A stretch of 51,110 nt of DNA. Origin: Christensenellaceae bacterium. Lineage in GTDB: Bacteria > Bacillota > Clostridia > Christensenellales > Borkfalkiaceae. The notes under the pieces are model-generated. The model was not told the origin of the DNA. It worked only from the letters and a program-made list of their open reading frames with translations, and ran no database searches. The position numbers and the translations under genes were made by a program. The stretch is taken from assembly GCA_045639045.1 (NCBI GenBank), contig JAZUCI010000131.1, positions 1 to 51,110 of the forward strand, in the 5' to 3' direction. Positions 26,173-34,917 of this stretch are shown piece after piece; within the stretch, counting starts at the first letter, position 1; every line of letters begins with the position of its first letter.

Positions 26173-26670
26173 TTAATCCCCCCTACCCGTCAGCTCGCCT
26201 TCGGTTTTTAGGTGGTCGGTACCGCGTTGGCGCAAACATTCGTACACCGCGATTGCCACCGAATTGGAAAGGTTTAAGGAACGCGCTTCCGCACGCATGG
26301 GGATACGCACCGTTCTATCGTACCTTTCGGCAAGCAAGGATTCGGGAAGCCCGCGCGTTTCGGGGCCGAACATTAAAAACACGTCCTCTTCCTTGGTATA
26401 GTCTACGTCCGAATACACGTGTTTTGCCTTGGTGGAAAAACAGTAGGGCGCAGCGGTTGGGTAGGCGGCAAGAAAATCGTTAAAACTTTCGTGCACGTGG
26501 ATTTCAAGTAAATGCCAATAGTCTAACCCCGCGCGCTTTACTTGCTTGTCCGAAATATCAAAGCCAAGGGGTTTGATTAAATGCAAAACCGCGCCCGTTG
26601 CGGCGCACGTTCTGGAAATGTTGCCCGTGTTTTGCGGAATTTCGGGCTGATATAAAACGATATGTAACAA
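26173..26670 (-). CDS. trmL: tRNA (cytidine/uridine-2'-O-)-methyltransferase TrmL (SpoU/TrmH class)
   Basis: 165 aa. (TTG)-LHIVLYQPEIPQNTGNISRTCAATG closely parallels the E. coli TrmL N-terminus. SPOUT knot motif SLNLSNSVAI. AAGGAG is 5 nt before the TTG. Confidence 0.87.
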   Translation of the reverse strand: MLHIVLYQPEIPQNTGNISRTCAATGAVLHLIKPLGFDISDKQVKRAGLDYWHLLEIHVHESFNDFLAAYPTAAPYCFSTKAKHVYSDVDYTKEEDVFLMFGPETRGLPESLLAERYDRTVRIPMRAEARSLNLSNSVAIAVYECLRQRGTDHLKTEGELTGRGD

Positions 26671-26702
26671 AATATCTCCTTATGCCGAATTTTTGTTTTC
26701 GG

Positions 26703-27299
26703 CTAAAAAATTTCTTCCTTTTTTGGGGTAAAAGTAAGCGTTGCTCCGTTTACGGGGGAAGCGTAAATCAGTTCTCCGTTTTCCGCGTAAAGCGCGGCAA
26801 CACCCGCCGAAACGGATAAAACGGGGACTTGGTTCCAATACGCAAGCGCGCCGCCCACAAGATCCGCTTGGGGTTTGCGAAAAGCGGCAAGATGCACGAT
26901 AAACGTTGCACCGCACGCGGAGAGAATACGCGCTGGTTCGTACGCGTAAAAATCCGCGCCCGACAACACGCCGATTTCCCCCGACGAAGTGTGATACACC
27001 CTTAAGTTTTTGGTGAGACGGAAGGCGGATTGATGGACGGTTAGTTCGTCCGTTATTCCTAACAGTTTTCCCCCTTCCGCAACCAAAACCGAACGCTTGG
27101 GCGCGCCACCCGCGGTGGTATCCGCAAGGGCGAAAATAAGCCCGTTTTTGCTTGCCGAACACACGCGGTACAGCGCGGAAGCGGGATTTTTTTCATCCTC
27201 CCCATACCGCACCTTGCCAAGGTGCTTGCCAAACACCGTAATCTCTGCTTTTTTTGCGCGGGAAGTTGGTTCGCCCGCGGGATAAACTGCAATTTCCAT
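26703..27299 (-). CDS. Hypothetical protein, possibly a short degenerate carbon-nitrogen-hydrolase-like fold
   Basis: 198 aa. The segment SGEIGVLSGADFYAYEPARILSACGATFIV resembles the nitrilase-superfamily G-x-x-I-C-y-D..fPE...Ga motif, but with Ser-Gly where the catalytic Cys sits. Weak call. Confidence 0.45.
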   Translation of the reverse strand: MEIAVYPAGEPTSRAKKAEITVFGKHLGKVRYGEDEKNPASALYRVCSASKNGLIFALADTTAGGAPKRSVLVAEGGKLLGITDELTVHQSAFRLTKNLRVYHTSSGEIGVLSGADFYAYEPARILSACGATFIVHLAAFRKPQADLVGGALAYWNQVPVLSVSAGVAALYAENGELIYASPVNGATLTFTPKKEEIF

Positions 27300-27367
27300 T
27301 TTTTCGCCCTTTATCAGTATATGAAGGGAAAAAACGGGTTGCCAAAAGAAGTTTTTGGTCGTTTTCG

Positions 27368-28357
27368 TTAAAAATCCAAGGCGGTTTGCGTGGAAGCCGT
27401 TTTATCGTCGAAATCCACTTCCGCCGCCAAACGGAGCAGTTCCCCTTTGGTTACCGCGCGGAAAAGCCGTTCGCGGATGCGCTTTGCGCCCCTTACGCCG
27501 TGCAAATACGCGCTGAACTGTTTACGGAAATACGCCGCGGCAAACCCTTCGGGATACACCGCGAATAAATCTTCTATTTGCTTGGTAATTAAGGGTAAAA
27601 AGGGTGGGCGGGAAACACCTGCAAAATCGCAAAACAAACGGGGGTCCATCATACCGCCGCGCGCAATCATAATCCCTGCCGCGCCCGTTTCGTTTAGCAT
27701 CTTTTGCCCTTGCTCCACCGTAAAAATACCGCCGTTTGCGATAACGGGAATTTTTACCGCGGATACTGCGGATGCAATTTCCTTATAGTTGGGTTCGCCC
27801 GAATAGTACGCTTCCCTAACCCTACCGTGCACGGTAATCATTTTTGCGCCCGCGCCTTCCATACGCTTGGCAAATTCACGGGTAACGTACGCGTTTTCGG
27901 TAACGCCGATACGCATTTTTACAGTAATTGGTTTACCGCTTTTTACTAAAGTTTGTACGATTTTTTCGGCAAGCAGGGGCTGATTTAACAGCGCGCTGCC
28001 TTCCCCGTTTTTATAAAGTTTAGGAACGGGGCAACCCATATTTACGTCGATAATATCAAATTTTTGAAGGGAGGGGGTTTGCACCGCGCGTAGCATAATT
28101 TCGGGGTCGTTACCGAAAATTTGCGCGCACGAAGGGGTTTCCCCCGAAGTAACGGATAACAGTTCTTCGGTTTTTTCACTACCGTAGCAAAGCCCTTTGC
28201 AAGATACCATTTCGGTTACGGTAAGCCCTGCGCCAAGCCCTGTTACCATGGCGCGGAAGGGCGCGTCCGTATACCCTGCCAAGGGTGCCATAAACACGTT
28301 ATTCCTAGTGCTTACCCCACCGATATCAATCTTTTTTTGAAAGATTCCAGTATCCAT
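27368..28357 (-). CDS. dusB: tRNA-dihydrouridine synthase (DusB-like)
   Basis: 329 aa. Motifs MAPLAGYTDAPFR, DVNMGCP, TVKMRIG and TVHGR. Confidence 0.9.
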   Translation of the reverse strand: MDTGIFQKKIDIGGVSTRNNVFMAPLAGYTDAPFRAMVTGLGAGLTVTEMVSCKGLCYGSEKTEELLSVTSGETPSCAQIFGNDPEIMLRAVQTPSLQKFDIIDVNMGCPVPKLYKNGEGSALLNQPLLAEKIVQTLVKSGKPITVKMRIGVTENAYVTREFAKRMEGAGAKMITVHGRVREAYYSGEPNYKEIASAVSAVKIPVIANGGIFTVEQGQKMLNETGAAGIMIARGGMMDPRLFCDFAGVSRPPFLPLITKQIEDLFAVYPEGFAAAYFRKQFSAYLHGVRGAKRIRERLFRAVTKGELLRLAAEVDFDDKTASTQTALDF

Positions 28358-29729
28358 CGTATTCCTCTACCGAAAGTTCGTTTAAGGCTTTTCCATCCTT
28401 TTCGGCAAGCGCCGCCACCTTACGGAAGCGGTTTTGGAATTTATCTACCCCTTCCTTTAAGGCAAGTTCGGGATTGATGCCGTAATGCGCCACCGCGCAA
28501 GCCGCGGCAAGCAAAAAGTCCCCGCATTCTTCACGGAGCCGTTCCCCTTGGGGGTTTTCGCCAAGTTCGGCGATTTCCCTAACTTCTTCTAACACTTTAT
28601 CCCAAACTTCCTTTTGGGTGGTCCAATCAAAGCCTACTTTACGGCAACGCTTTTTGGTTTTTTCCGCGCGGGTGAGTTGAGGAAGCCCTGCGGCAAAGCG
28701 GAACATTTCGTCCACCGCCTTTTCCCCGTGTTCTATTTTTTTGTTTTTGTTCCAAACGGCAAGCGCTTCTTCTTTAGACGCCGCCTTATCTTCCCCAAAC
28801 ACGTGCGAGTGGCGGAAAATTAACTTTTTGCAAAGACGGGTGGTTACGTCGTCCACCGTAAATTCCCCTTCTTCCGCGCCGATTTGCGCGTGGAAGGCGG
28901 CTTGCAGTAGAACGTCCCCCGTTTCTTCTTCCATATTGTCTACGTCCTGATTATCAATCGCGTCAATCAGTTCGTAGCATTCTTCAATCAAATCTCCGCG
29001 AATGCTTTCGTGCGTTTGCACGCGGTCCCACGGGCAACCGTTTTCCCCGCGAAGCAGGGTTAATATGTACGTTAAATCGTAAAAATCGTAGCGGTCTTTT
29101 TGGAAAAAATCCACCTTGTTTACGAACACTACCGCGCCCGTTGGGGGGATTTTTTGCCGATCCAATTCGTATAGCGGAATTTGTTTTTTCTTTCCGTTTG
29201 CGTAGTAGGTAACCGAAAGTTCTTCCCCAAAGCGGGAAGCAAGCAGCAGTTTTACTTCGCTTGCCAAGAACGCGTCGTCAACATCGTAAACCGCAAGGGG
29301 GGCTACGTAGCGTTCGCTTTCGCTTAAATCGTAAGCGGAAACCGTTTGATAGGTTAAAGTTTCATCGGGGGTAAACACCGCGCACGCCTTGCTTACTCCG
29401 TATTCCGCCTTTACGGATTTATGTTTTTTTAGAATATACTGCGCGGCGCGATCCTCCCTTAAACATCCATCCACCAAATAACATACGGACTGTGTTTTTG
29501 CGGCGGTAAGAACGGCGCTTGCGATATTCTTATACAGCGTATCGAAATTGCGGCTTTTTAAGTACACCGCGGTAAGCGTTTCGTACGCAATTCCCTGTTC
29601 CTGTAAAAAACGAACGATATGAGGCGTTTCTGCGCGAACGAACACCTTCTTTGCGGCGCGAATTGCCGAAAAGGCGGAAAGGGAGCAATCCCCTTCCTTA
29701 TTCCCCATACCGATTAACGTTAAATTCAT
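28326..29729 (-). CDS. yabN: YabN-type fusion: tetrapyrrole-methylase-like N-domain + tandem MazG NTP pyrophosphohydrolase domains
   Basis: 467 aa. MazG EExGD motifs are EETGDVLLQ and EECGDFLLAA. Same position after the yabM-like gene as in B. subtilis. Confidence 0.85.
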   Translation of the reverse strand: MNLTLIGMGNKEGDCSLSAFSAIRAAKKVFVRAETPHIVRFLQEQGIAYETLTAVYLKSRNFDTLYKNIASAVLTAAKTQSVCYLVDGCLREDRAAQYILKKHKSVKAEYGVSKACAVFTPDETLTYQTVSAYDLSESERYVAPLAVYDVDDAFLASEVKLLLASRFGEELSVTYYANGKKKQIPLYELDRQKIPPTGAVVFVNKVDFFQKDRYDFYDLTYILTLLRGENGCPWDRVQTHESIRGDLIEECYELIDAIDNQDVDNMEEETGDVLLQAAFHAQIGAEEGEFTVDDVTTRLCKKLIFRHSHVFGEDKAASKEEALAVWNKNKKIEHGEKAVDEMFRFAAGLPQLTRAEKTKKRCRKVGFDWTTQKEVWDKVLEEVREIAELGENPQGERLREECGDFLLAAACAVAHYGINPELALKEGVDKFQNRFRKVAALAEKDGKALNELSVEEYDGYWNLSKKD

Positions 29730-31243
29730 AGTTTTGTTCTCCTTTTTCGGATGCGAACGAAGGTTAGCGCGGCGATAAGCCCCGCAAGGTACACGGCAAG
29801 CATTACTCCGCCCCCGCTAAAGATGCGAAGAAGGGGGCCGCCCATCCCTACCCTTTGCCCAATTATTCCAGCAAAGAAAGTAAGGATACACAACGGAAAA
29901 ATTATAAATTTTTCTTTTATTTGCGCGTTCGCTTTTTTAGTATACAACAAATTTAGGAAAGTTGCAATAGAATCCCCCAAAATTCCTGAAATTGCTAAAG
30001 AAATTATTCCGTAACCGCGATAAAGCAAGAAAAACGAGCAAATTAAATTAACCGCGCACCCCACGGCGTAGTTTTTTGCCGAGCGCGCCGCCCTTCCGCT
30101 GCCAATTAAAACCGCGCTTGCCGTTTGCCCCACCGAAAGAAGCAAAATGGATAGCGAAGAAACCCCAAGGAGCCGTGCGCCAAGTACCCGTTCGGACGTG
30201 GTGAGCGCGGGGAATAACACCGCGATAATTTCCTTACGAAAAAGGTAAGTGGCAACGCTTGCGGGCAGGGCAAGAAGCAAGGTGTAAAGGTATGCGGTAG
30301 ATTCCGCCCTTTTCCCTATGGGAAAAGAATTGCCCCTTTCTTCGCTTTTAATTCGCTTGCTAATTAGGGGGATTAGCGCAACCGCAACGCCGTAACAAAG
30401 GGCAACGGGCATGGCGGTAACCGCCGTAACTCCCCCAAAAAACAACCCGTATTGGCGGGTGGCAAAGGGGGTGGTTTTGGATAACAGCGGAATGGTAAAA
30501 AACCCAATCATAACCCCCGTTAAAGGGGGTAAAATACCAATCATCGTCATGGGGAAAACGTGTTTTACGATTCGCCGAAAAAGGGCGCGCTTTTCCCCCA
30601 CCGCAAAGGCAACGGTTTTACGCCCCCGTTCCTTACCATACTTCGCGCGTAAATATAGATAGGCAAGCGCTTCGCTAACCGTAACCCCCAAACACGCGCC
30701 GCCCGCCGCCAAGGGAAGATTGGGAAGGAACGCGTTTGCAAACAGTAACCCAAACCCCAGTTTTGCGGTTTGTTCTACGATTTGGGAAATCACGGTGGGA
30801 AGCATATTTCCCTTGCCTTGAAAGTATCCGCGGTACACCGAAAACGCGGTTACGAAGAACACCGAAGGGGCTAAAAACAGATACGCGTACCTTGCGCCCG
30901 CGTTCCCTTGCAAACGGGCAAGGGGATACGAAAAAACACCCACGGCAAGCGAAAAAACCGCCCCGAACACGCGTAAACTTTGCGCGGAGCGCACTAATTT
31001 TTCCCCGTCTTCTTCCCCGCTTTCAGCAATCAGTTTAGATAGCGCGGAAGGAACGCTTGCCCCCGAAAGGGTAAGAAGCATTGCGTAAACGGGAAACACC
31101 ATTTGGTAAAGCCCCAACCCGTAACCGCCAAGCAGATTACCCAAAGGGATGCGGTAAACTGCCCCAAGTAATTTGGCAAGAAAGCCCCCAACGGCAACCA
31201 CCAAAGCGTTTTTTACGAGCAAGGCGTTTTCTTTCCTTTGCAA
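29726..31243 (-). CDS. MOP-superfamily flippase (YabM/SpoVB/MurJ-like polysaccharide biosynthesis protein)
   Basis: 505 aa, polytopic. N-terminus is ...GGFLAKLLGAVYRIPLGNLLGGYGLGLYQMVFPVY. The TTG start in the track is uncertain because there is no SD. Confidence 0.8.
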   Translation of the reverse strand: MQRKENALLVKNALVVAVGGFLAKLLGAVYRIPLGNLLGGYGLGLYQMVFPVYAMLLTLSGASVPSALSKLIAESGEEDGEKLVRSAQSLRVFGAVFSLAVGVFSYPLARLQGNAGARYAYLFLAPSVFFVTAFSVYRGYFQGKGNMLPTVISQIVEQTAKLGFGLLFANAFLPNLPLAAGGACLGVTVSEALAYLYLRAKYGKERGRKTVAFAVGEKRALFRRIVKHVFPMTMIGILPPLTGVMIGFFTIPLLSKTTPFATRQYGLFFGGVTAVTAMPVALCYGVAVALIPLISKRIKSEERGNSFPIGKRAESTAYLYTLLLALPASVATYLFRKEIIAVLFPALTTSERVLGARLLGVSSLSILLLSVGQTASAVLIGSGRAARSAKNYAVGCAVNLICSFFLLYRGYGIISLAISGILGDSIATFLNLLYTKKANAQIKEKFIIFPLCILTFFAGIIGQRVGMGGPLLRIFSGGGVMLAVYLAGLIAALTFVRIRKRRTKL

Positions 31244-31789
31244 TTAGGAAAAGCGTTTTGCTAAATACGCCGCCGCGCATTTTACCGCGTACACTTCGCG
31301 TTCGCCAAAGGCATCCCCTTCCCTTGACGAAAGCAAGCAAACCGCGCCCAACAAATCCCCGTTTGCAATTACGGGAACGACAACTTGCGCTTCGGTTTTT
31401 ACCACCGCGTGGCGGAATAAGGGAATGATTACCTCCCCCGCCCGTCTTGCAGCGCGTTTCACCGTGCGCTGGCTTAAAAGGGTAAGGAGTTCTTCACTTG
31501 CGCATTCCCCCACGTATTCCTTTGCGCCCTTACCAGACGCCGCAATCACGCTTTCGCTATCAAACACCAAGGCAACGCTGCCGTTTACTTCCGCAAGCGC
31601 TTCGGTAAGCGCGGTGGATTCCGCAGGCATACCCCCCAAAGGGGAATATTTACGGAATAGCACTTCTTCCTTATCCGTATAAATTTCCAAAGGGTCCCCT
31701 TCCTTTATCCGCAAGGTTTTACGGATTTCCTTGGGGATCACCACCCTACCAAGCTCGTCAATTCTTCTTACGATTCCCGTCGCTTTCAT
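31244..31789 (-). CDS. spoVT: Stage V sporulation protein T (AbrB-type N-domain + GAF-like C-domain)
   Basis: 181 aa. MKATGIVRRIDELGRVVIPKEIRKTLRIKEGDPLEI. Followed by yabM/yabN homologs as in B. subtilis. Confidence 0.87.
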   Translation of the reverse strand: MKATGIVRRIDELGRVVIPKEIRKTLRIKEGDPLEIYTDKEEVLFRKYSPLGGMPAESTALTEALAEVNGSVALVFDSESVIAASGKGAKEYVGECASEELLTLLSQRTVKRAARRAGEVIIPLFRHAVVKTEAQVVVPVIANGDLLGAVCLLSSREGDAFGEREVYAVKCAAAYLAKRFS

Positions 31790-31826
31790 TCTTTTCTCCT
31801 TTCTTGGCTACCTATCAGCCTTTTAC

Positions 31827-31855
31827 TATTTTGGTAGAAACGGGGCGGTTTATAC
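31827..31855 (-). promoter_or_regulatory. Possible forespore (sigma-G/F-type) promoter for spoVT: GTATA-17-CAAAATA
   Basis: Minus strand reads gtata aaccgccccgtttctac caaaata, about 30 nt before the spoVT RBS. Matches my recollection of the consensus GnATA / CAnAnTA. B. subtilis spoVT is sigma-G dependent. This is inference only. Confidence 0.3.
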
Positions 31856-31860
31856 TTTCC

Positions 31861-31894
31861 AAAAAAGAAAACGCCCCCAAATTTTGGAAGCGTT
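31861..31894 (-). terminator. Intrinsic terminator of the orphan 707-aa gene
   Basis: Minus-strand RNA reads CGCUUCCAAAAUUUUGGGGGCG (stem closed with G-U pairs), followed by UUUUCUUUUUU. Confidence 0.6.
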
Positions 31895-31922
31895 TTTTCA
31901 CGGTTTTCAAACGAAGCCGCGC

Positions 31923-34046
31923 TTATTTATCCTTTTTGTTTTTTATAAACTTATCAAAGATAAAAGTAATTAAGGGCACTAGGGCAAGGGTAAATAGCGA
32001 AGGCCACGAATCTTTAATTTTCACCAAAAGTTTTTGCCAAACGGAAACTTCGCTATCGTTTAACAAAATTGCCATATATACGCTAAAGTATACCAAAACG
32101 GCAATAACGGTAAGCATGGCGAAACACGCAATTTTGAACTTTTTCATTTCCTTGTTCTTTTTGCGCAGTTCCTTATTTTCATTTTCGATGGTATCAATTT
32201 CCATACGCGTTTTTTGATACACGCTAATTTGGTTTTCAAACGCGTGATATTCGTGGGGGAAATTGCCCGTTTTGAAGATAATTTCGGTTAAATCGTCTAT
32301 GGGGAAGGAAACCACCGTTTCGAATTTATACAGCGTGCATACCGTATGCAAGGATTCTTCTATGGGCATTTGGGCAACGTTGGTTTTTCTTAAATACAAA
32401 ACCAAGTCGAACAACTGCGCGCGAATGCGCTCCTTCGCCCGATCGTTAGACACCATTCCGTACATATCGATAAGGTACGAAGATACGATAGAAGTTACGT
32501 AGGAATTGAACAGTTCCCCGTTTTCGCTTACGTTATCTTCCACGTAATGGAACAAGCCCATTAGCATATTTTCATCGCCAATGGCAATCGCCACTTGCAT
32601 TAGTTTTATAAAATCGTATTCGGTGATATATTCAAAACGCGAATAAATCACGTTATTGATAATTTCCGCGCAGGTTTCACGCAAGTATTTTTGCGGATCG
32701 GATTCCATCATGGATAAAACGGTGTACCGTTCTAACTGCTCCCTTACGGTATCTACGTTCTTGTTCTTTTTAATATAGGCGTAGGCGGCTTTCGTGGTGG
32801 CGTCGTTTTTGCCAAGGAAGGTGGCAAACACCCAAAACGCCTTACACGTTGCGCCAAAGGTTTTATCGTACGAACCGTCCTGTTCCATGTGCGAGGACAT
32901 TTTTTCCAACACGTGCGCGATACTTTCCTTATCGTACAAACCGCGCGTCATACCAACGGACTCGAATTCCTTTAGTTTTGCTAAAACTTCTACCGTTTTC
33001 ATAAAACTGCCCGATACGAAACCGCTGGCTAAATCTTCTTGCACCCGAAGTTCTAATTTGGAGAAGGTTAAAGCCAAACTTTTATCCACCGAGTGTACGG
33101 TAAAGGAATCGGATTTTTCCAGCTCCTTATCGTTTAGTTCTATCAGTTTTACCCCGTACTTATCCACCGTTTCCTTCACTTTTGCGGGGAGAGAGGAAAG
33201 TAAATCGTGATTGATTAAAATTGCGCTATGCACGCCAAGGCGCGCGTTTGCAACCAAATCGTCCAAACTTTGTTCGTCGTTCGCGTATTTTTTATAGTAA
33301 AGTTTTTTGTTTTCCAAAGAATTCAAAAAGTAGCTAAACCCCAACGTTTCGGTGGCTTCGTTTTGCAAAATAGCTAGCGAGCGATTGTTGGAAAGCAAAT
33401 TTACCAAAACGTTGTGCAGTAAGCCGACGTGCTTTTGATAATCCAGTAGTAAGGAAGAAAAAACCACCTTATGCACGTTATGTTTGGCAATTACCGCGTT
33501 GCCCAAATTATCTAATAGTACGGGCGACCATTGGTTGCCGTTTGAGCGCATTAAAAGCCAATATTTCCCCGAAACAGCGGTGTTTGCGTAGCAATTATTT
33601 TCAATATCCGCCATTTCCACCTTGTTGGGGAAATTAAAGTACGCGTCCGCCGCGCCACCCGGTTTACTTAAGGTAACGAAGTCCTTCGCGTAATTATTTT
33701 CTAATTTTAACACCGAATTCCCCAAAAACGGGAAGGGGTTTTCCTGTTCCTTTAAGGAGTTTTGGTGCATAATCAAACAAGCGCCGCCCTGATTCAAGTA
33801 TTCCTGAAAGGCGTTTACGAAGGATTCTTGGGTAACGAAGGAATAAATACTTTTATCGTTAAACACGTTAGAAGCAAACAATACGCAATCGGTATACTTT
33901 ACGTCTAACGCGGCAGGAAGCATATCGATATTTTCCCTTGTAAAATGTTGCGTTTCCACGGATAAGCCGCGTAAATCCTTTCTTAAATCCGCGTACGAGT
34001 AGTTGCGCATTTCGGAAATATTTTGAACCAATGCCACTTTGAACAT
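31923..34046 (-). CDS. Orphan ~707-aa multidomain protein with coiled coil and two C-terminal TM helices (function unknown)
   Basis: Long uninterrupted ORF. The track start at 34091 is a TTG inside a palindrome. I prefer ATG 34046 (MFKVALVQN...), preceded by AAAGGACGG. AT-rich relative to flanks. Own promoter and terminator. C-terminal TM helices are FKIACFAMLTVIAVLVYFSVYMAILL and WPSLFTLALVPLITFIFDKFI. Confidence 0.75.
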   Translation of the reverse strand: MFKVALVQNISEMRNYSYADLRKDLRGLSVETQHFTRENIDMLPAALDVKYTDCVLFASNVFNDKSIYSFVTQESFVNAFQEYLNQGGACLIMHQNSLKEQENPFPFLGNSVLKLENNYAKDFVTLSKPGGAADAYFNFPNKVEMADIENNCYANTAVSGKYWLLMRSNGNQWSPVLLDNLGNAVIAKHNVHKVVFSSLLLDYQKHVGLLHNVLVNLLSNNRSLAILQNEATETLGFSYFLNSLENKKLYYKKYANDEQSLDDLVANARLGVHSAILINHDLLSSLPAKVKETVDKYGVKLIELNDKELEKSDSFTVHSVDKSLALTFSKLELRVQEDLASGFVSGSFMKTVEVLAKLKEFESVGMTRGLYDKESIAHVLEKMSSHMEQDGSYDKTFGATCKAFWVFATFLGKNDATTKAAYAYIKKNKNVDTVREQLERYTVLSMMESDPQKYLRETCAEIINNVIYSRFEYITEYDFIKLMQVAIAIGDENMLMGLFHYVEDNVSENGELFNSYVTSIVSSYLIDMYGMVSNDRAKERIRAQLFDLVLYLRKTNVAQMPIEESLHTVCTLYKFETVVSFPIDDLTEIIFKTGNFPHEYHAFENQISVYQKTRMEIDTIENENKELRKKNKEMKKFKIACFAMLTVIAVLVYFSVYMAILLNDSEVSVWQKLLVKIKDSWPSLFTLALVPLITFIFDKFIKNKKDK

Positions 34047-34075
34047 ACGAAAAATCCGTCCTTTTTTTCGATAAG

Positions 34076-34091
34076 TTGCGCATATGCGCAA
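34076..34091. promoter_or_regulatory. Perfect 16-bp palindrome TTGCGCATATGCGCAA in the 5' leader of the orphan gene
   Basis: Lies between the -10 (34113-34118) and the ATG (34046). Either an operator for a dimeric regulator or a leader RNA hairpin. Confidence 0.4.
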
Positions 34092-34112
34092 GCGTGTGAA
34101 AATGATAAAATA

Positions 34113-34141
34113 AGTATACCATCCTTATCCCGTTTTGTCAA
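34113..34141 (-). promoter_or_regulatory. Near-consensus sigma-A promoter of the orphan gene (TTGACA-17-TATACT)
   Basis: Minus strand reads ttgaca aaacgggataaggatgg tatact. Confidence 0.6.
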
Positions 34142-34266
34142 TATCGCGCGGAATAAAAGCGCAAGTTATTTACGCAAAAGAAAAAACCTTGCGCGTTTCC
34201 CTTCTTTTCCCGATGTTACGCATTGGAAACGTAACCCCATATAAAAAACCCCGCGGTTTAACCCCA

Positions 34267-34311
34267 AAACAAACAAAAGGGCGAACACAAAAACGTGTTC
34301 GCCCTTTTTTG
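34267..34311. terminator. Intrinsic terminator after efp (bidirectional shape)
   Basis: agggcgaacac aaaaac gtgttcgccct, flanked by an A-rich run upstream and tttttt downstream. Confidence 0.7.
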
Positions 34312-34329
34312 GCTTTAATAAAGTGAAAC

Positions 34330-34887
34330 TTATTTTACGCGTTCCATATATTCGCCCGTACGGGTATCGATACGGATGGTTTCGCCTTCGTTTACGAAGA
34401 TGGGAACTTGTACGGTTGCGCCCGTTTCCAAAACTGCCGCTTTGGTTACGTTGGTTGCGGTATCGCCGCGAACGCCGGGTTCAGCCGAAACGATCTTCAA
34501 TTCTACGAAGTTTTCGCATTCAACCGAGAACGCGTTGCCCTTGTAGAAACGAACGGTAACGGGATCGTTTTCCTTGATGTACATAAGCGCATCTTCTACT
34601 TGGTCGTGGTTTAAGGGGGTAAGGTTGAATTCTTCGTCCATGAAGTAGTACAATTCGCCATCGTTGTAAGAATAGGTCATTCTCTTGGTTTCGATGTGCG
34701 CGTTTTCTACCTTTTCGTTGGGGTTGAAGGTTCTTTCCAAAGCGGAGCCCGTGATGATGTTTTTCAGTCTGGTACGTACGAACGCCGAGCCTTTGCCGGG
34801 TTTAACGTGCTGAAATTCCACGATTACGTAGATGTTGCCTTCGTATTCAATGGTGGTGCCTTTTCTAAATTCGCCTGCAGAAATCAT
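34330..34887 (-). CDS. efp: Elongation factor P
   Basis: 185 aa. [43 protein letters not shown]. Confidence 0.97.
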   Translation of the reverse strand: MISAGEFRKGTTIEYEGNIYVIVEFQHVKPGKGSAFVRTRLKNIITGSALERTFNPNEKVENAHIETKRMTYSYNDGELYYFMDEEFNLTPLNHDQVEDALMYIKENDPVTVRFYKGNAFSVECENFVELKIVSAEPGVRGDTATNVTKAAVLETGATVQVPIFVNEGETIRIDTRTGEYMERVK

Positions 34888-34917
34888 AATTTTCTCCTTA
34901 AAATTTTTCTTTTCCTA

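Noticed and set aside
26680-27162. 160-aa minus-strand ORF overlapping 26703-27299 in another frame
   Set aside because: The product is an Arg/Gly/Cys-rich, unprotein-like sequence with no RBS. The 198-aa frame has a start with an upstream purine-rich site and a more protein-like composition.
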